Assembly: GCA_937895705.1 (NCBI GenBank)
Contig: CALBKM010000011.1
Span: 1,874 to 65,873, forward strand
Length of the DNA: 64,000 nt
Reading direction: 5' to 3'
Source of the DNA: an uncultured Clostridia bacterium
GTDB taxonomy: Bacteria > Bacillota > Clostridia > Lachnospirales > Lachnospiraceae
Made by a program: the position numbers and the translations under genes. The notes below the pieces were generated by a model. The model was not told the origin of the DNA. It saw nothing but the letters and a program-made list of their open reading frames with translations, and ran no database searches. Shown here one piece after another: positions 9,371 to 19,949 of this stretch (positions are counted from its first letter, which is position 1; each line of letters begins with the position of its first letter).

Positions 9371-10363
9371 GTGGATGATTCGATAAGAGGGAAAAGAGTA
9401 CTGTTCTTTGGATTAGAAACAATGGGATATGAAAAAAAAATTCTCCGAAAAATGACAGAACTAGGAGCAGTGGTTGATTATTATAGTGAGCGTCCTGCTT
9501 CTAGTACAGTTGGAAAGATAATTATCAAGTTTTTTCCAGCGTTGTTAAGAAAAAAGACAGAGAAATATTATTTAAGAGTTATTCAAGAATGTAAGGATGA
9601 GATTTATGATATTATTTTTATAATGAAGTGTGACTCTCCTACAAGAAAGATTTTGACAGAACTGAAAAATACTTTTCCGGATGCTCAATTACGATTGCAT
9701 ATGTGGGATTCAATGGCAAATATTATTGGAATAGAGGAAAAGCTTGATTTATTTGACAGAATAACTTCATTTGATAGACAGGATTGTTTAAAACATCCGG
9801 AGTTTTGTTTTAGACCTTTGTTTTATGCAGACGAGTTTACTTGCAAAAATACAGAGATTGTATATGATATTAGTTTTTGTGGAACGATTCATACGGACAG
9901 ATATAGTATTTTAGAAAATATTAGAAGGCAATGCGAAGAAAACGGAATGAAATTTTATGGTTATTATTATTTGCAAAGTTGGATTGTATACTATTTTTTG
10001 AAATTTACAAACAAAGATTATCGACATGTTAAGAAATCAGAGTTTAAATACGAATCAATCGGAAGTGACGAGGTTAATAAGCTTTTTCAAACATCTGTAG
10101 CTATTGTAGACATTCAGCATCCTCGGCAATCAGGATTAACCATGAGGACGATTGAGACTATTGGTGCGGGGAAAAAGCTGATAACTACAAACCGCGATAT
10201 TGTAAATTATGATTTTTTTAACCCGAGTAATATCTGTGTTATAGATAGGTCTGCCCCCAAAATCCCAAAGGAGTTTTTTACGGCACAATATGAAGAGTTA
10301 TCAGCAAGTGTTAAAGAAAAATACACATTGGAGAGATGGGTTATTGATGTGCTGACCATGTGA
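9371..10363 (+). CDS. Hypothetical protein, possibly a GT-B/CgeB-like glycosyltransferase
   Basis: The ORF has the cassette's codon style. The C-terminal MRTIETIGAGKKLITTN resembles the R.fE..a.G..lit signature of CgeB/Glyco_trans_1_2-type domains. The GTG start is uncertain. Confidence 0.35.
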   Translation: MDDSIRGKRVLFFGLETMGYEKKILRKMTELGAVVDYYSERPASSTVGKIIIKFFPALLRKKTEKYYLRVIQECKDEIYDIIFIMKCDSPTRKILTELKNTFPDAQLRLHMWDSMANIIGIEEKLDLFDRITSFDRQDCLKHPEFCFRPLFYADEFTCKNTEIVYDISFCGTIHTDRYSILENIRRQCEENGMKFYGYYYLQSWIVYYFLKFTNKDYRHVKKSEFKYESIGSDEVNKLFQTSVAIVDIQHPRQSGLTMRTIETIGAGKKLITTNRDIVNYDFFNPSNICVIDRSAPKIPKEFFTAQYEELSASVKEKYTLERWVIDVLTM

Positions 10364-10378
10364 GGCAAAGGAGAAAAG

Positions 10379-11221
10379 ATGAAAATTTTAGTTACGGGGG
10401 CAAATGGGTATCTCGGGTCTGGTGTTGTTAAGCAACTTTGTTGTGATGGTATTAACGTTGTGGCGACAGATTATGAGGCAGGAGAGATTGATACGAGGGC
10501 AGAGGTTAAGACCTGTGATTTGTTTGATGTTGAAAACCCATATGAATACTTTGGAAAACCAGATGTTCTAGTGCATATGGCATGGAGAAACGGATTTGTT
10601 CACAATGATATTTCACATGTTAATGATATACCTAAACACTATATGTTTATAAAGAGCATGGTAGATGGAGGCTGTAAGCATATTGCTATGATGGGAACCA
10701 TGCACGAGGTGGGATTTCATGAAGGTAGTATAAATGAATATACACCAACGCATCCGGAATGTCTATATGGAATTAGTAAAGATGCGCTTAGAAATATGGT
10801 GGATTTTCTTTGTAAGCATGCAGGGGCGACATATCAGTGGCTTCGAGGATATTATATTGTGGGAAATTCAGAAAAAGGGGCATCGATTTTTAGTAAAATA
10901 ACTGCTGCAGAGAAAATCGGGCAGGAAAAGTTTCCGTTTACGATGGGGATGAATCAATGTGATTTTATTGATTATGACGAGTTTTGTAAACAAGTTTCTG
11001 CCACAGTGGTGCAAGATAAAATCAATGGTGTAATTAATATATGTTATGGCAGACCGGAAAAACTGTCAGATAGAGTGGAAAGGTTTATAGAGGAGAATGG
11101 GTATAAGATTAAGCTGGAGTATGGAAAATTTCCGGACAGACCATATGATAGCAAGGCAGTTTGGGGAGATGACAAGAAGATAAGAGAGATATTAAAGGAG
11201 TATAGATGTGATGCAGAATAA
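10379..11221 (+). CDS. NAD(P)-dependent epimerase/dehydratase/reductase (extended SDR, 280 aa)
   Basis: [17 protein letters not shown] Rossmann motif and a YGISK (YxxxK) catalytic motif. Confidence 0.8.
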   Translation: MKILVTGANGYLGSGVVKQLCCDGINVVATDYEAGEIDTRAEVKTCDLFDVENPYEYFGKPDVLVHMAWRNGFVHNDISHVNDIPKHYMFIKSMVDGGCKHIAMMGTMHEVGFHEGSINEYTPTHPECLYGISKDALRNMVDFLCKHAGATYQWLRGYYIVGNSEKGASIFSKITAAEKIGQEKFPFTMGMNQCDFIDYDEFCKQVSATVVQDKINGVINICYGRPEKLSDRVERFIEENGYKIKLEYGKFPDRPYDSKAVWGDDKKIREILKEYRCDAE

Positions 11222-11792
11222 GTATAGTTTCTCCGAAATTGTTTCGACCGGATATGCCTTTATTTTAACTAAACTTTATTATAGGGGAGCTCGGCTTATT
11301 AGAAGACCCGTATATATTCGTGGGAGAAAAGGATTGAAATACGGGGAGAGGTTCACCACTGGACATGGGTGCCGATTTGATTTGTTATCAACGCCATATA
11401 CTCTTTGTATTGGAAGCGGATGTGAGTTTGGAGATTATACGCACATTGTAGCACATGAAAATGTTACTATTGGTGATAATGTGCTCATGGCTTCGAAAGT
11501 ATTTATTAGTGACACTAATCATGGTAGATATAAAGGCAAGAACCAAGATTCTCCATATTCTGAGCCAAATAGTAGAGCGTTAGTTTCTGCTCCTGTAATG
11601 ATTGGAAATAATGTATGGGTAGGAGAGAATGTTGTGATTCTTCCAGGAACAAGAATAGGGAATGGTTGTGTTATAGGAGCGAATACAGTGGTAAGTGGTA
11701 TATTTGAAGATAATATAATGATTGCAGGCATACCAGCGCGAATAATAAAAAAATGGAATGAGGAGAAACAAGAATGGGAGAAACAGTTCTAG
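11208..11792 (+). CDS. Hexapeptide-repeat (left-handed beta-helix) O-acetyltransferase, WcaF/LacA-like
   Basis: [19 protein letters not shown]...[35 protein letters not shown]...[10 protein letters not shown]. Confidence 0.85.
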   Translation: MMQNKYSFSEIVSTGYAFILTKLYYRGARLIRRPVYIRGRKGLKYGERFTTGHGCRFDLLSTPYTLCIGSGCEFGDYTHIVAHENVTIGDNVLMASKVFISDTNHGRYKGKNQDSPYSEPNSRALVSAPVMIGNNVWVGENVVILPGTRIGNGCVIGANTVVSGIFEDNIMIAGIPARIIKKWNEEKQEWEKQF

Positions 11793-12058
11793 GAAACGAG
11801 GGTACTGTTTTAGTGTATTTTTTGTGGGAAATATTACTTGAATAATGTTTTAGGACGTATATTTGAAAAAAGTGACTCATTAAGAGTGGATAGATAGGAT
11901 TTATAATAGTTATATTCTAGAGTTTTATAATTTATCGAACTTGTATTTGTGGAGATCTGGCCAGGCAGTGATAAGTTAGAAAAGAATTAGAATATTGAAT
12001 TGGCAATTGTTGAAAAGATAATAATTGGAATGTGGAAAGAAATAACGGGAGGTCGATT

Positions 12059-13267
12059 TTGAAAGTACTGATTATTAATTTAAGAATTGGGAGTGGTAGT
12101 GTTGGACGTATAGTAAGTGATCTATATCGAGGTGTTATTTTATCAGGAAATGAGTGTAAAGTAGCATATGCGCGAGGTGGGATTGCAGATATTCCGGAGG
12201 AAGACACATACAAGATATGTAGTAAACAAGAAGTCGTACTTCATGCAGGGTTGACTAGAGCGATTGGAAATACGGCGTTTTTCTTTGGGAAAAGTACGCA
12301 AAAGTTTTGTGATTGGATAAAAGAATATAACCCAGATGTTATCCATTTGCATGGAGTATACGGGTACTACTTAAATATGGAAGTTTTATTTAAGAATCTA
12401 GCAATTATGGAGGCAACAGTAATATCGACACTTCATAGTTGTTGGGATTTTACGGGCCATTGTTGCTATTTTGATTACTCGGGATGTGAACAATGGAAGA
12501 CAGGGTGTAAAAAGTGTAGTTGTAAGTCTTCTTATCCGGCAAGTAGTATACTAGACAATACAGCGAAAAATTACCGTAAGAAAAGGGAAGCTTATGGATG
12601 TTTAGAGAGAGGTGTTATAGTAGCACCTTCAAGGTGGATGGCGCAATATGTTAAGCAGTCTTTTTTAGGAAGTATGGAAACGCACGTTATTCATAATGGG
12701 ATAGATTTAAACACTTTTAAACCAACGTTAACGAGTTCATCCATGATTGACATGAGCAAGCCGTCAATTCTATGTGTGGCTAATATCTGGGAGAGACGAA
12801 AGGGGTGGAAGGATGTTGTGGAGTTGTCATATTTGCTCGATGACTCTGTTCAGTTAGTAGTGGTGGGCGTAAGCGAAAAACAAAAAAAGGAGTTATCTGA
12901 TAAGACGATTTCAATAACAAGAACAGAGAGCAAAGAAGAATTAGCCGAGTTGTATTCAACTGCAACTGTTTTTTTTAATCCGACATATGAAGATAATTAC
13001 CCTACAGTAAATTTAGAGGCCGCAGCGTGTCATACTCCAATTGTGACTTACAATACAGGGGGGAGTCCAGAAGTCTTTGATTATGGAGAATGGGGGATGG
13101 TTCTTAGTAAAAGAGACTATGACACATTGGTGGAATATACAAAGAAAGTTCATTCGGGTGAAATTGTATTTGATTTTAATGAAACAGAGTCTATTTCGAG
13201 AGAATGGATGGTAGAGAAATACTTGGAGTTATATAAATCGAAGACAAAAAATGTAATATACGAATAA
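12059..13267 (+). CDS. Glycosyltransferase family 4 (GT-B)
   Basis: KVLIINLRIGSGSVGRIV N-terminus and a C-terminal FFNPTYEDNYPTVNLEAAACHTPIVTYNTGG (E-x7-E region). Start set at the TTG at 12059, which has GGGAGG 6 nt upstream. The track's GTG at 12032 is the alternative. Confidence 0.8.
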   Translation: MKVLIINLRIGSGSVGRIVSDLYRGVILSGNECKVAYARGGIADIPEEDTYKICSKQEVVLHAGLTRAIGNTAFFFGKSTQKFCDWIKEYNPDVIHLHGVYGYYLNMEVLFKNLAIMEATVISTLHSCWDFTGHCCYFDYSGCEQWKTGCKKCSCKSSYPASSILDNTAKNYRKKREAYGCLERGVIVAPSRWMAQYVKQSFLGSMETHVIHNGIDLNTFKPTLTSSSMIDMSKPSILCVANIWERRKGWKDVVELSYLLDDSVQLVVVGVSEKQKKELSDKTISITRTESKEELAELYSTATVFFNPTYEDNYPTVNLEAAACHTPIVTYNTGGSPEVFDYGEWGMVLSKRDYDTLVEYTKKVHSGEIVFDFNETESISREWMVEKYLELYKSKTKNVIYE

Positions 13268-13326
13268 AAAGACGAGTGCTTTGAGTGAAATTTTTATGGT
13301 AGGTATGCAGTTGATCGGAGAGTTAT

Positions 13327-14280
13327 ATGGAAAAGAACAATGAAGTTAAAGTGAGTGTGATTATTCCTACTTATAGGCGCGAAGAGGAGATAGAAAGGGC
13401 AATTAGAAGTGTTATTTCTCAGAGTTTGAATGCAATTGAAGTAATTGTTGTGGATGATAATATACCGAATTCAAAAGAAAGAGAATTAACAAAAAGAAGA
13501 GTTGAAATGTTGATGCAGGAGGATGAGCGTATAATTTATATAGAGCATCCTGCCAATTTAAACGGGTCCGCAGCGCGAAATACAGGCTTGAGCGTTGCAA
13601 GAGGAGAAATCATTTCTTTTCTTGATGATGATGATGTGTATTGTTCGGATAAGCTGGAAGAACAATATTCATTATTGAAGTCGCTTTCAGATGAGTACGG
13701 AGGTGTAATATCCAATTGTTACATTATGAGGTCAGGGGAAATAGTAAAGGTTCTTGATGTAGACGAGCAGGAGAAAGCCTTGTGTGAGGTTTTAGCGTGT
13801 GAATATAATATGGGATCTGGAAGTAACTTATTTATAAGACGGGAGGTTGTTGATAAAATAGGTGGGTTTGATGAGGGACTGCAACGGCATCAAGATTACG
13901 ATTTTCTTGTTAGGTTCTTTGAAAAGTATAAAATGTTTAAACTTTCAAAACCTCTGTTTTATATTGAGCAAAGAAGTTCTCATTTAAATACGCCTAATTT
14001 AGAGCGAATGGAACAAACAAAAAGAATATACCTGGAAAAATACGAGAAGTTGATAAGTCAACAAGGAGAAGCACAACAAAAACGAATATACAGTAGCCAA
14101 TATTGTTCCCTTTGTGAAACGGCAATTCGCGGAAAAAGATTAAAGATTGCAAAAGAGTATTATAGAAAAGCAAAAAGATACGGAGTAATTGATAGAAGAA
14201 AAAAGGTAAGATTGTGTCTTTTGATCATATATTCGTATATGCCAATGTTTTTCAAAAAGAGGGTAAAGTTTGCGAAATAA
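13327..14280 (+). CDS. Glycosyltransferase family 2
   Basis: VSVIIPTYRREEEIERAIRSVISQS...EVIVVDDN...SAARNTG...FLDDDD (DxD). Confidence 0.9.
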   Translation: MEKNNEVKVSVIIPTYRREEEIERAIRSVISQSLNAIEVIVVDDNIPNSKERELTKRRVEMLMQEDERIIYIEHPANLNGSAARNTGLSVARGEIISFLDDDDVYCSDKLEEQYSLLKSLSDEYGGVISNCYIMRSGEIVKVLDVDEQEKALCEVLACEYNMGSGSNLFIRREVVDKIGGFDEGLQRHQDYDFLVRFFEKYKMFKLSKPLFYIEQRSSHLNTPNLERMEQTKRIYLEKYEKLISQQGEAQQKRIYSSQYCSLCETAIRGKRLKIAKEYYRKAKRYGVIDRRKKVRLCLLIIYSYMPMFFKKRVKFAK

Positions 14281-14295
14281 GAAGGATGAGAAGCT

Positions 14296-15327
14296 ATGGT
14301 ATTGATTGAGAAAGAAAGTAATATTGATTTGAGAAAAGTGTTAGAGGGACTTGGTTTGCTTGATAAGTTCTGTATGGCAAAAACAATCGCAATAAAGCCT
14401 AATTTTGCTTCAGGAACATACATTTCTGCAGATTCACATGTGGTTACAAATTTAGGAAGAATTGCAATGCTTATAACAGCTATTGCTAGATTGAATGCAG
14501 ATGTTAAGATTTTGCTTTGTGAAAGCGATAGCACGGGGTATGGTTTTGCGTATGAAAAGTTTAGACATTTTAATTTGCCGGAATCATTGAATTTGGAGGA
14601 AGGTATATTGAAACGTCTAGAATTAGTTGATATGACAAGGGATGAGTTGATTTTAGTAGAAAATGAAAGCTTTAGATATTTTAAGGGAGAGTCTAGAAAA
14701 CTTTATTTGTCAAAAAAGTTCATGGAGGCAGACATACGTATATCGTTTGCAAATTTAAAGACACATTCGGTTACTAAATATACAGGAGCATGTAAGAATC
14801 TGTTTGGATGTCTTCCTGATTTTGAGAAGTCTCACTATCACCCATATTTAAGCAATGTAATTCATGATTTAGTAATAGGTATTTGCCCGGATATGTCTAT
14901 AGTAGATGGCTTTTATGCTATGGAACAGAATGGACCATGCAATGGGATACCGGTAGATCTTGGGCGTATTGTTTATGCGGATAGTGCTGTTGAAGCGGAT
15001 ATATATGCGTCTTGCATAAGTGGATTTAAAGTGAGAGAAATAGGTTATTTAAAAAGAATAATAAAGACAAAAAAAGACTGTATAGAGATTGATAATAAGA
15101 CGGTGCCTATTGTAAAAAAAGTTGTCAGACCACAGATGTTTTTAAGAATTATGAATGCAGTAGGTTTGTTTATACAACGAGTTGGACAATCGATTGCAAG
15201 TCTTGGACATAGAATTCATACATGCAACTCATTTATAATTCTTATTACTACTTTGATACGACCGATTCTTTTAAAAGTTTTTGGGATAGACAAATTACGT
15301 GAAATGAAAAGGCGGATAATAAAATGA
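14296..15327 (+). CDS. DUF362 domain protein
   Basis: IAIKPNF...; ILLCESDS; NLKTHSVTKYTGACKNLFGCLPD. This matches the DUF362 pattern (IKPN... / LKtH..tg.t.a.KN.fG). It is translationally coupled to the next gene (ATGA overlap). Confidence 0.65.
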   Translation: MVLIEKESNIDLRKVLEGLGLLDKFCMAKTIAIKPNFASGTYISADSHVVTNLGRIAMLITAIARLNADVKILLCESDSTGYGFAYEKFRHFNLPESLNLEEGILKRLELVDMTRDELILVENESFRYFKGESRKLYLSKKFMEADIRISFANLKTHSVTKYTGACKNLFGCLPDFEKSHYHPYLSNVIHDLVIGICPDMSIVDGFYAMEQNGPCNGIPVDLGRIVYADSAVEADIYASCISGFKVREIGYLKRIIKTKKDCIEIDNKTVPIVKKVVRPQMFLRIMNAVGLFIQRVGQSIASLGHRIHTCNSFIILITTLIRPILLKVFGIDKLREMKRRIIK

Positions 15328-16895
15328 CATCTATACAAGAATTGAAGATGAAAGAAATGTTAAAAAGGGTGAAAGAACATGTTGATGATATTTTTAGAAC
15401 AAATGAGGAAGGCGGGTATATAATTGACCCCAATGATGGGAAATCAATAGAAGGGCATTATGCTGCATCACATGCAGCGGTTGCTTATTTATTGTATGGA
15501 CAGATGATAGGAGAGGAAAGATTAATACAGAAAGCAAATTTATTGGTAGAAGGAATAATGTCTAGATGGGATTTGATTAGGAAGGAGAAAGACTTTCATG
15601 CGGATTTCAATTTATTTGCATTATGCTTGTACTATGATTATGCCAATGCGATGTCGGATAAAAAAATATTAGTACGAATACGAGATATTGTATTGTCTAC
15701 GGAAGACAGCCCGCATGAAACAGTAAATTGGTTACCAATGCGAATTTATGTGAATAAGTGTAGATTTGATTGGACAAGCGAGAAGAAGTATTTAAAGAAG
15801 ATAGCCGATATAAAGAAAACACTTAGTAAGGTGACATATTCAGACTATTACATTGATGATAGAGCGCCAATCGGCATCAGTTTTAATGTTCAGTATGACA
15901 TTGCTACTGTAGCAAACTTGTATTTACTTGAAAAGAAAGAGATGCATTTGTATAATAAGCGGATGTTGGATGCTGTTTTAGACATTGTTCTCCCAGATGG
16001 AGATGTCAATTATCTTGGTAGAGGGTGTAATCAGATATTTGCATGGGGGCCGTGGTTATACTTATTATGCCAAGAAGAACGTGAATCGGACTTGGAACTG
16101 GCCCTTGATTTTTTTGACGATAAAATAGAAAATGCTTTGAAGAATAATAACCTACTATTAAACCTTTATGCCGGTGATAGGAGATGGCTGTGGTGGGACT
16201 ACCATCATTATTCAGTTTATGTGTGTCACTTGTTTATGTGGCTCTCTTTAGCATTAAAGAGAGAGAATTATGATAAGAGGATATTGAAAGAAAGTTGTGA
16301 ACTGGACTCAAATGGCTTGAAATCAGGGATAGATGTTTTTAAGAATGAGAATTGCATGGTAGTAAGTTTTGGCGGAAGAAGAGAGTATTTAGCTGAGACC
16401 GGACCTGCGATTTATGCTATATGGATACGGAATATTGGCGTCATTTGCAAAGGGGCTTTTGCACCTTGGTTTGGTGTGTTTGGAAATAAATATACTAATC
16501 CAATCGTCGCAATATGTAATTATTTTGGGTTGTTAGAGGTTTCTCATGATGTATCGTACATTAATAATAAGATTACACGAAGATTTAATATAGTTGAAAA
16601 ATGTAATGCAAAGATGGAAGTAAAGCCTATATATTCAGTTCCGGCTGTTACATGTGATGACAAGACATTAACTATAGAAATTTTTAATGAGAAAAGGAAA
16701 AAATGTATTTTAAATATTCCTGCGTTGCGTAATATTGAAGAGTTTATAACTATACATGTTGATGGAGTGAAAATACCTTGCTACGATTCGTTTACAATTA
16801 ATAATCAATACGGAGAATGTACGGTATATGAAACAGGGCTGAGTACAGGAGTAAAATGGTCAATTAGTTTTAATTTTGGAGGAATAGATGAATAA
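15324..16895 (+). CDS. Uncharacterised 523-aa protein (no family recognised; possibly an alpha/alpha-toroid plus beta-sandwich, heparinase II/III-like architecture)
   Basis: The ORF overlaps both neighbours (4 nt and 8 nt). It has no TM segments and no cofactor motif that I can see. The fold guess is inference only. Confidence 0.5.
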   Translation: MTSIQELKMKEMLKRVKEHVDDIFRTNEEGGYIIDPNDGKSIEGHYAASHAAVAYLLYGQMIGEERLIQKANLLVEGIMSRWDLIRKEKDFHADFNLFALCLYYDYANAMSDKKILVRIRDIVLSTEDSPHETVNWLPMRIYVNKCRFDWTSEKKYLKKIADIKKTLSKVTYSDYYIDDRAPIGISFNVQYDIATVANLYLLEKKEMHLYNKRMLDAVLDIVLPDGDVNYLGRGCNQIFAWGPWLYLLCQEERESDLELALDFFDDKIENALKNNNLLLNLYAGDRRWLWWDYHHYSVYVCHLFMWLSLALKRENYDKRILKESCELDSNGLKSGIDVFKNENCMVVSFGGRREYLAETGPAIYAIWIRNIGVICKGAFAPWFGVFGNKYTNPIVAICNYFGLLEVSHDVSYINNKITRRFNIVEKCNAKMEVKPIYSVPAVTCDDKTLTIEIFNEKRKKCILNIPALRNIEEFITIHVDGVKIPCYDSFTINNQYGECTVYETGLSTGVKWSISFNFGGIDE

Positions 16896-18045
16896 TATTT
16901 CGATTCTAGCGCATGAGAAATGTACAGGGTGTCTATTGTGTGTTGAAGTCTGCCCATTAAAATGCATAGAGATGGAAAGAGATTCCCTTGGTTTTATTTA
17001 TCCTAAAATAGATGAAGAGAAATGTATTAATTGTGGGATGTGTGTGAAAAAGTGTCCAGAACTTGCATATGTTTCCAAGAGGCTTCCTAAAGATATAGTA
17101 GCAGCATGCTGTACAGACAGACAAGATTTATTGGGGAGTTCTTCAGGCGGGCTTGCGACCATGTTGGCAAGGGGTGTTGTAGAGATGGGCGGCATATACT
17201 ATGGCGCGGTAGGAGCTGAAAACGGACAGGTTGTGTATAGTCGTATTGCTGAGGTGGAGAAAATTAATGAGACAAAGGGAAGTAAGTATGTTCAAAGTGA
17301 TTTGAAGGTTGTCTATGAAAATATACGAGAGGACATAATGAAAAGGAAAGTTCTTTTTGTGGGGACTCCGTGTCAATGTGCAGCCATAGAAAATCTATGC
17401 GAGGAACAAAAAGATAATTTAATAATTGCTAGTTTTCCATGCGGTGGTTGGACATCAACGAAGGTTTTACAATCTGAAATCATGCTGCATACGGGAGATG
17501 TTATTTGTGATAAGGTTATTATGCGTGACCGACATAGGGTATTTGTGGATATTTATAAGAGCGGGAAAAAAATATCTTCATGTAAACCAAATGATTCATA
17601 TTTTATGACCGCATTAGATTACAAGTTATCCGTAAGAGAATCCTGTTGGAATTGCACATACAGTTGTAAAGAGAGAGTTGGCGATATTGTGTTGGGAGAT
17701 TTTTGGGGATATGAGCCTACAGAGGTTTTTGGGGAGAAAGAGATTAAAGATGGAATTTCTTTTGTTGGTTGTCTTTCTGAAAAGGGGACAGCATTAATGA
17801 ATGCAATATCAGGTTGCTTGATAACAGAGCATACCACCTATGGAAATGTTGTGAAAGCAAATCCGCGATTGTTGCGGAAAGTAATTGAAGAAAAGCATTT
17901 TTCTTTATCTAAGAGAAATAGGTTTGTAAGAAATTACGAAAAAAGAGGTTTAAAAAAAGCTGTTCTGAGAGTGGCAGCAGGAGAACATTTACGAAGAAAA
18001 ATACGTGGCATAATCAAATATAAGATTATGCGAAGAGAGGAATAG
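16888..18045 (+). CDS. Coenzyme F420 hydrogenase/dehydrogenase beta-subunit-like (FrhB/FdhB family) protein with an N-terminal 2x[4Fe-4S] ferredoxin domain
   Basis: CTGCLLCVEVCP and CINCGMCVKKCP (two CxxCxxCxxxCP motifs); SSSGGLATMLARG (FrhB_N-like); VLFVGTPCQCAAIENL (FrhB_C-like). Confidence 0.8.
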   Translation: MNNISILAHEKCTGCLLCVEVCPLKCIEMERDSLGFIYPKIDEEKCINCGMCVKKCPELAYVSKRLPKDIVAACCTDRQDLLGSSSGGLATMLARGVVEMGGIYYGAVGAENGQVVYSRIAEVEKINETKGSKYVQSDLKVVYENIREDIMKRKVLFVGTPCQCAAIENLCEEQKDNLIIASFPCGGWTSTKVLQSEIMLHTGDVICDKVIMRDRHRVFVDIYKSGKKISSCKPNDSYFMTALDYKLSVRESCWNCTYSCKERVGDIVLGDFWGYEPTEVFGEKEIKDGISFVGCLSEKGTALMNAISGCLITEHTTYGNVVKANPRLLRKVIEEKHFSLSKRNRFVRNYEKRGLKKAVLRVAAGEHLRRKIRGIIKYKIMRREE

Positions 18046-18049
18046 AGTA

Positions 18050-19375
18050 GTGAAAAAAAATGTCCCTTTTATTAAGAATAAGATAATAAGATGTTTAATT
18101 CCCGTCGTATTGTTATTACTACTTTTATACTTCATTGTTATATATTCTTCAACAATGGCGTCACGGATAGCGCAGATAGGATCGTTGCTTTTTGCGGTAT
18201 ACTTGATTATTAGAGGATTAAGAGAACCTTTTATCTTTAATCCTTATTTCCTCTTTGCGGTATGTCCGCTAACACTTGCTCTTTATTTTCCTGTCATAAG
18301 TGAGTATTATTTACTAGAGTTGTCGGATACAACCTATGTTTATGCATTAGTAAATATGATTTGTTTTTATATTGGGCTGGAGATAATAAGGAATAAGAAA
18401 ATTAGGATGGAACATGGTGTCCTAGGTGGGGAAAATCATTGGCCGAATGAATGCGAAGAGAAAACAGTACGAAATTGGGCCATTGTTTTTTCTGTTGTTG
18501 GTATGATACCTGCGGTATATGCGCTATTGGTTGGGCATATTTCGGAATGGAATAGAATGAAAGATCTGGCGTCGAGTTTTCCGATATATGCTGTGCTTGC
18601 ATATTTCCCGTATATAGGGATTTATTTGGCAATGCAAACTAAAAAAAAGGTCTGTATTATTATTTGTTTGGTGCTGGGTGGGGTTGCAACCCTTGTTTCA
18701 CTCACAAAAACAATGGTACTATGCTATTTAATGGCGATATTAGCAGCGTATGAGAAAAAACATTCATCTGTAAGAATAAAGAGACTGATATTACTTGGGA
18801 TAATATCTTTATTTGTGTTTTCGTATTTAGACGGTGTATATAATCAAATGAGAGGGGCAACAAAATTTGAAGAATTATGGTTATCTAGGTCCAGTTCACT
18901 TCTTTCGGTATCACAACTAAAAACATATCTTTATTTTGAAACTCCATGGGCGAATTTAGAATATGTTTTGGGGACCGTTAAGGAACATACTTATGGGCTG
19001 TGGTCTGTCAAACCGATATTGACACTGTTTAGAATTGAGGGATTATTTACAGAGAGTTATTCGATGATGGAATCTTATACGACATTCAATGCAATGGGAT
19101 ATCTTGCATATTTATATAATGATTTCGGAGTAATAGGTTCGTGTGTAGCAGTGATGCCGATTGGTATGTTTGTTTCATATGTATATGAAAGAGGAAAAAG
19201 AAATTTAAATCCGTTTTGGGGTGTAATAGTATTATTTACTCTTCGTGCTGTTTTGATGATGTTTTTTAATTTGCATTTTAGTACTGAAATATACATTTTA
19301 ACTACACTAATTATAATGTGTATTGTAAATTATTTCTCAAATAAAGGAAAGAAATTAAAAAGATATTGGGAGTGA
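18050..19375 (+). CDS. Wzy-type oligosaccharide repeat-unit polymerase (polytopic membrane protein)
   Basis: 441 aa with about 10 or more hydrophobic segments, in a Wzx/GT context. There is no strong motif, so the assignment rests on topology and position. Confidence 0.55.
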   Translation: MKKNVPFIKNKIIRCLIPVVLLLLLLYFIVIYSSTMASRIAQIGSLLFAVYLIIRGLREPFIFNPYFLFAVCPLTLALYFPVISEYYLLELSDTTYVYALVNMICFYIGLEIIRNKKIRMEHGVLGGENHWPNECEEKTVRNWAIVFSVVGMIPAVYALLVGHISEWNRMKDLASSFPIYAVLAYFPYIGIYLAMQTKKKVCIIICLVLGGVATLVSLTKTMVLCYLMAILAAYEKKHSSVRIKRLILLGIISLFVFSYLDGVYNQMRGATKFEELWLSRSSSLLSVSQLKTYLYFETPWANLEYVLGTVKEHTYGLWSVKPILTLFRIEGLFTESYSMMESYTTFNAMGYLAYLYNDFGVIGSCVAVMPIGMFVSYVYERGKRNLNPFWGVIVLFTLRAVLMMFFNLHFSTEIYILTTLIIMCIVNYFSNKGKKLKRYWE

Positions 19376-19382
19376 TAAGAGT

Positions 19383-19949
19383 ATGAAGATAAAAAAATTA
19401 TTATCTAAATTTGTAGTGCTTTTTGCTGTTTTGGTACGACCTTTTAGTCAACGCACATATGATAGAATTAATACGAAGCGTTTAAAGTGGTTAGGAGTAG
19501 ATATCTCATCAAAAACAGGTGAGTACAGCTTTATTTCACCTTCTGTTTTTGTGGATGGATCGGATTATAGGCTGATTCATATTGGAAAAAAAACAGTTAT
19601 TTCTAATGATGTTATTCTCCTGACGCATGATGCGTCAATAAAGCAAGGCCTTCGGAGTATAGGAAAAGATATCCCTTTAGGAACACAAATAACTTTTTTA
19701 AAAGATATATATATAGGTGATAACTGTTTTATTGGTATAAGATCAGTTATATTACCTGGAGCAAAGTTGGGAAAAAACACAATTGTTGCAGCAGGTGCGG
19801 TTGTTTCCGGAAAAGAGTATCCGGATGATGTAATTCTGGCAGGCGTACCGGCGCAGGTCATTGGAAATACTAAGGAATGGGCTAATCTGCATTTGCAAAA
19901 AAAGGATTACGTTGGCGCAGAAAGGGGAAAAGATGCAGAGCAAATATAA
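19383..19949 (+). CDS. Hexapeptide-repeat acetyltransferase (second in the cassette)
   Basis: IGDNCFIGIRSVILPGAKLGKNTIVAAGAVVSGKEYPDDVILAGVPAQVIG. Confidence 0.8.
   Translation: MKIKKLLSKFVVLFAVLVRPFSQRTYDRINTKRLKWLGVDISSKTGEYSFISPSVFVDGSDYRLIHIGKKTVISNDVILLTHDASIKQGLRSIGKDIPLGTQITFLKDIYIGDNCFIGIRSVILPGAKLGKNTIVAAGAVVSGKEYPDDVILAGVPAQVIGNTKEWANLHLQKKDYVGAERGKDAEQI

Noticed and set aside
11793-12058. Invertible (phase-variable) promoter in the 266-nt gap inside the AT-rich cassette
   Set aside because: Only short AT-rich direct motifs (tttataat) and an 8-nt palindrome (ctggccag) are present. There are no flanking inverted repeats of convincing length and no nearby invertase.
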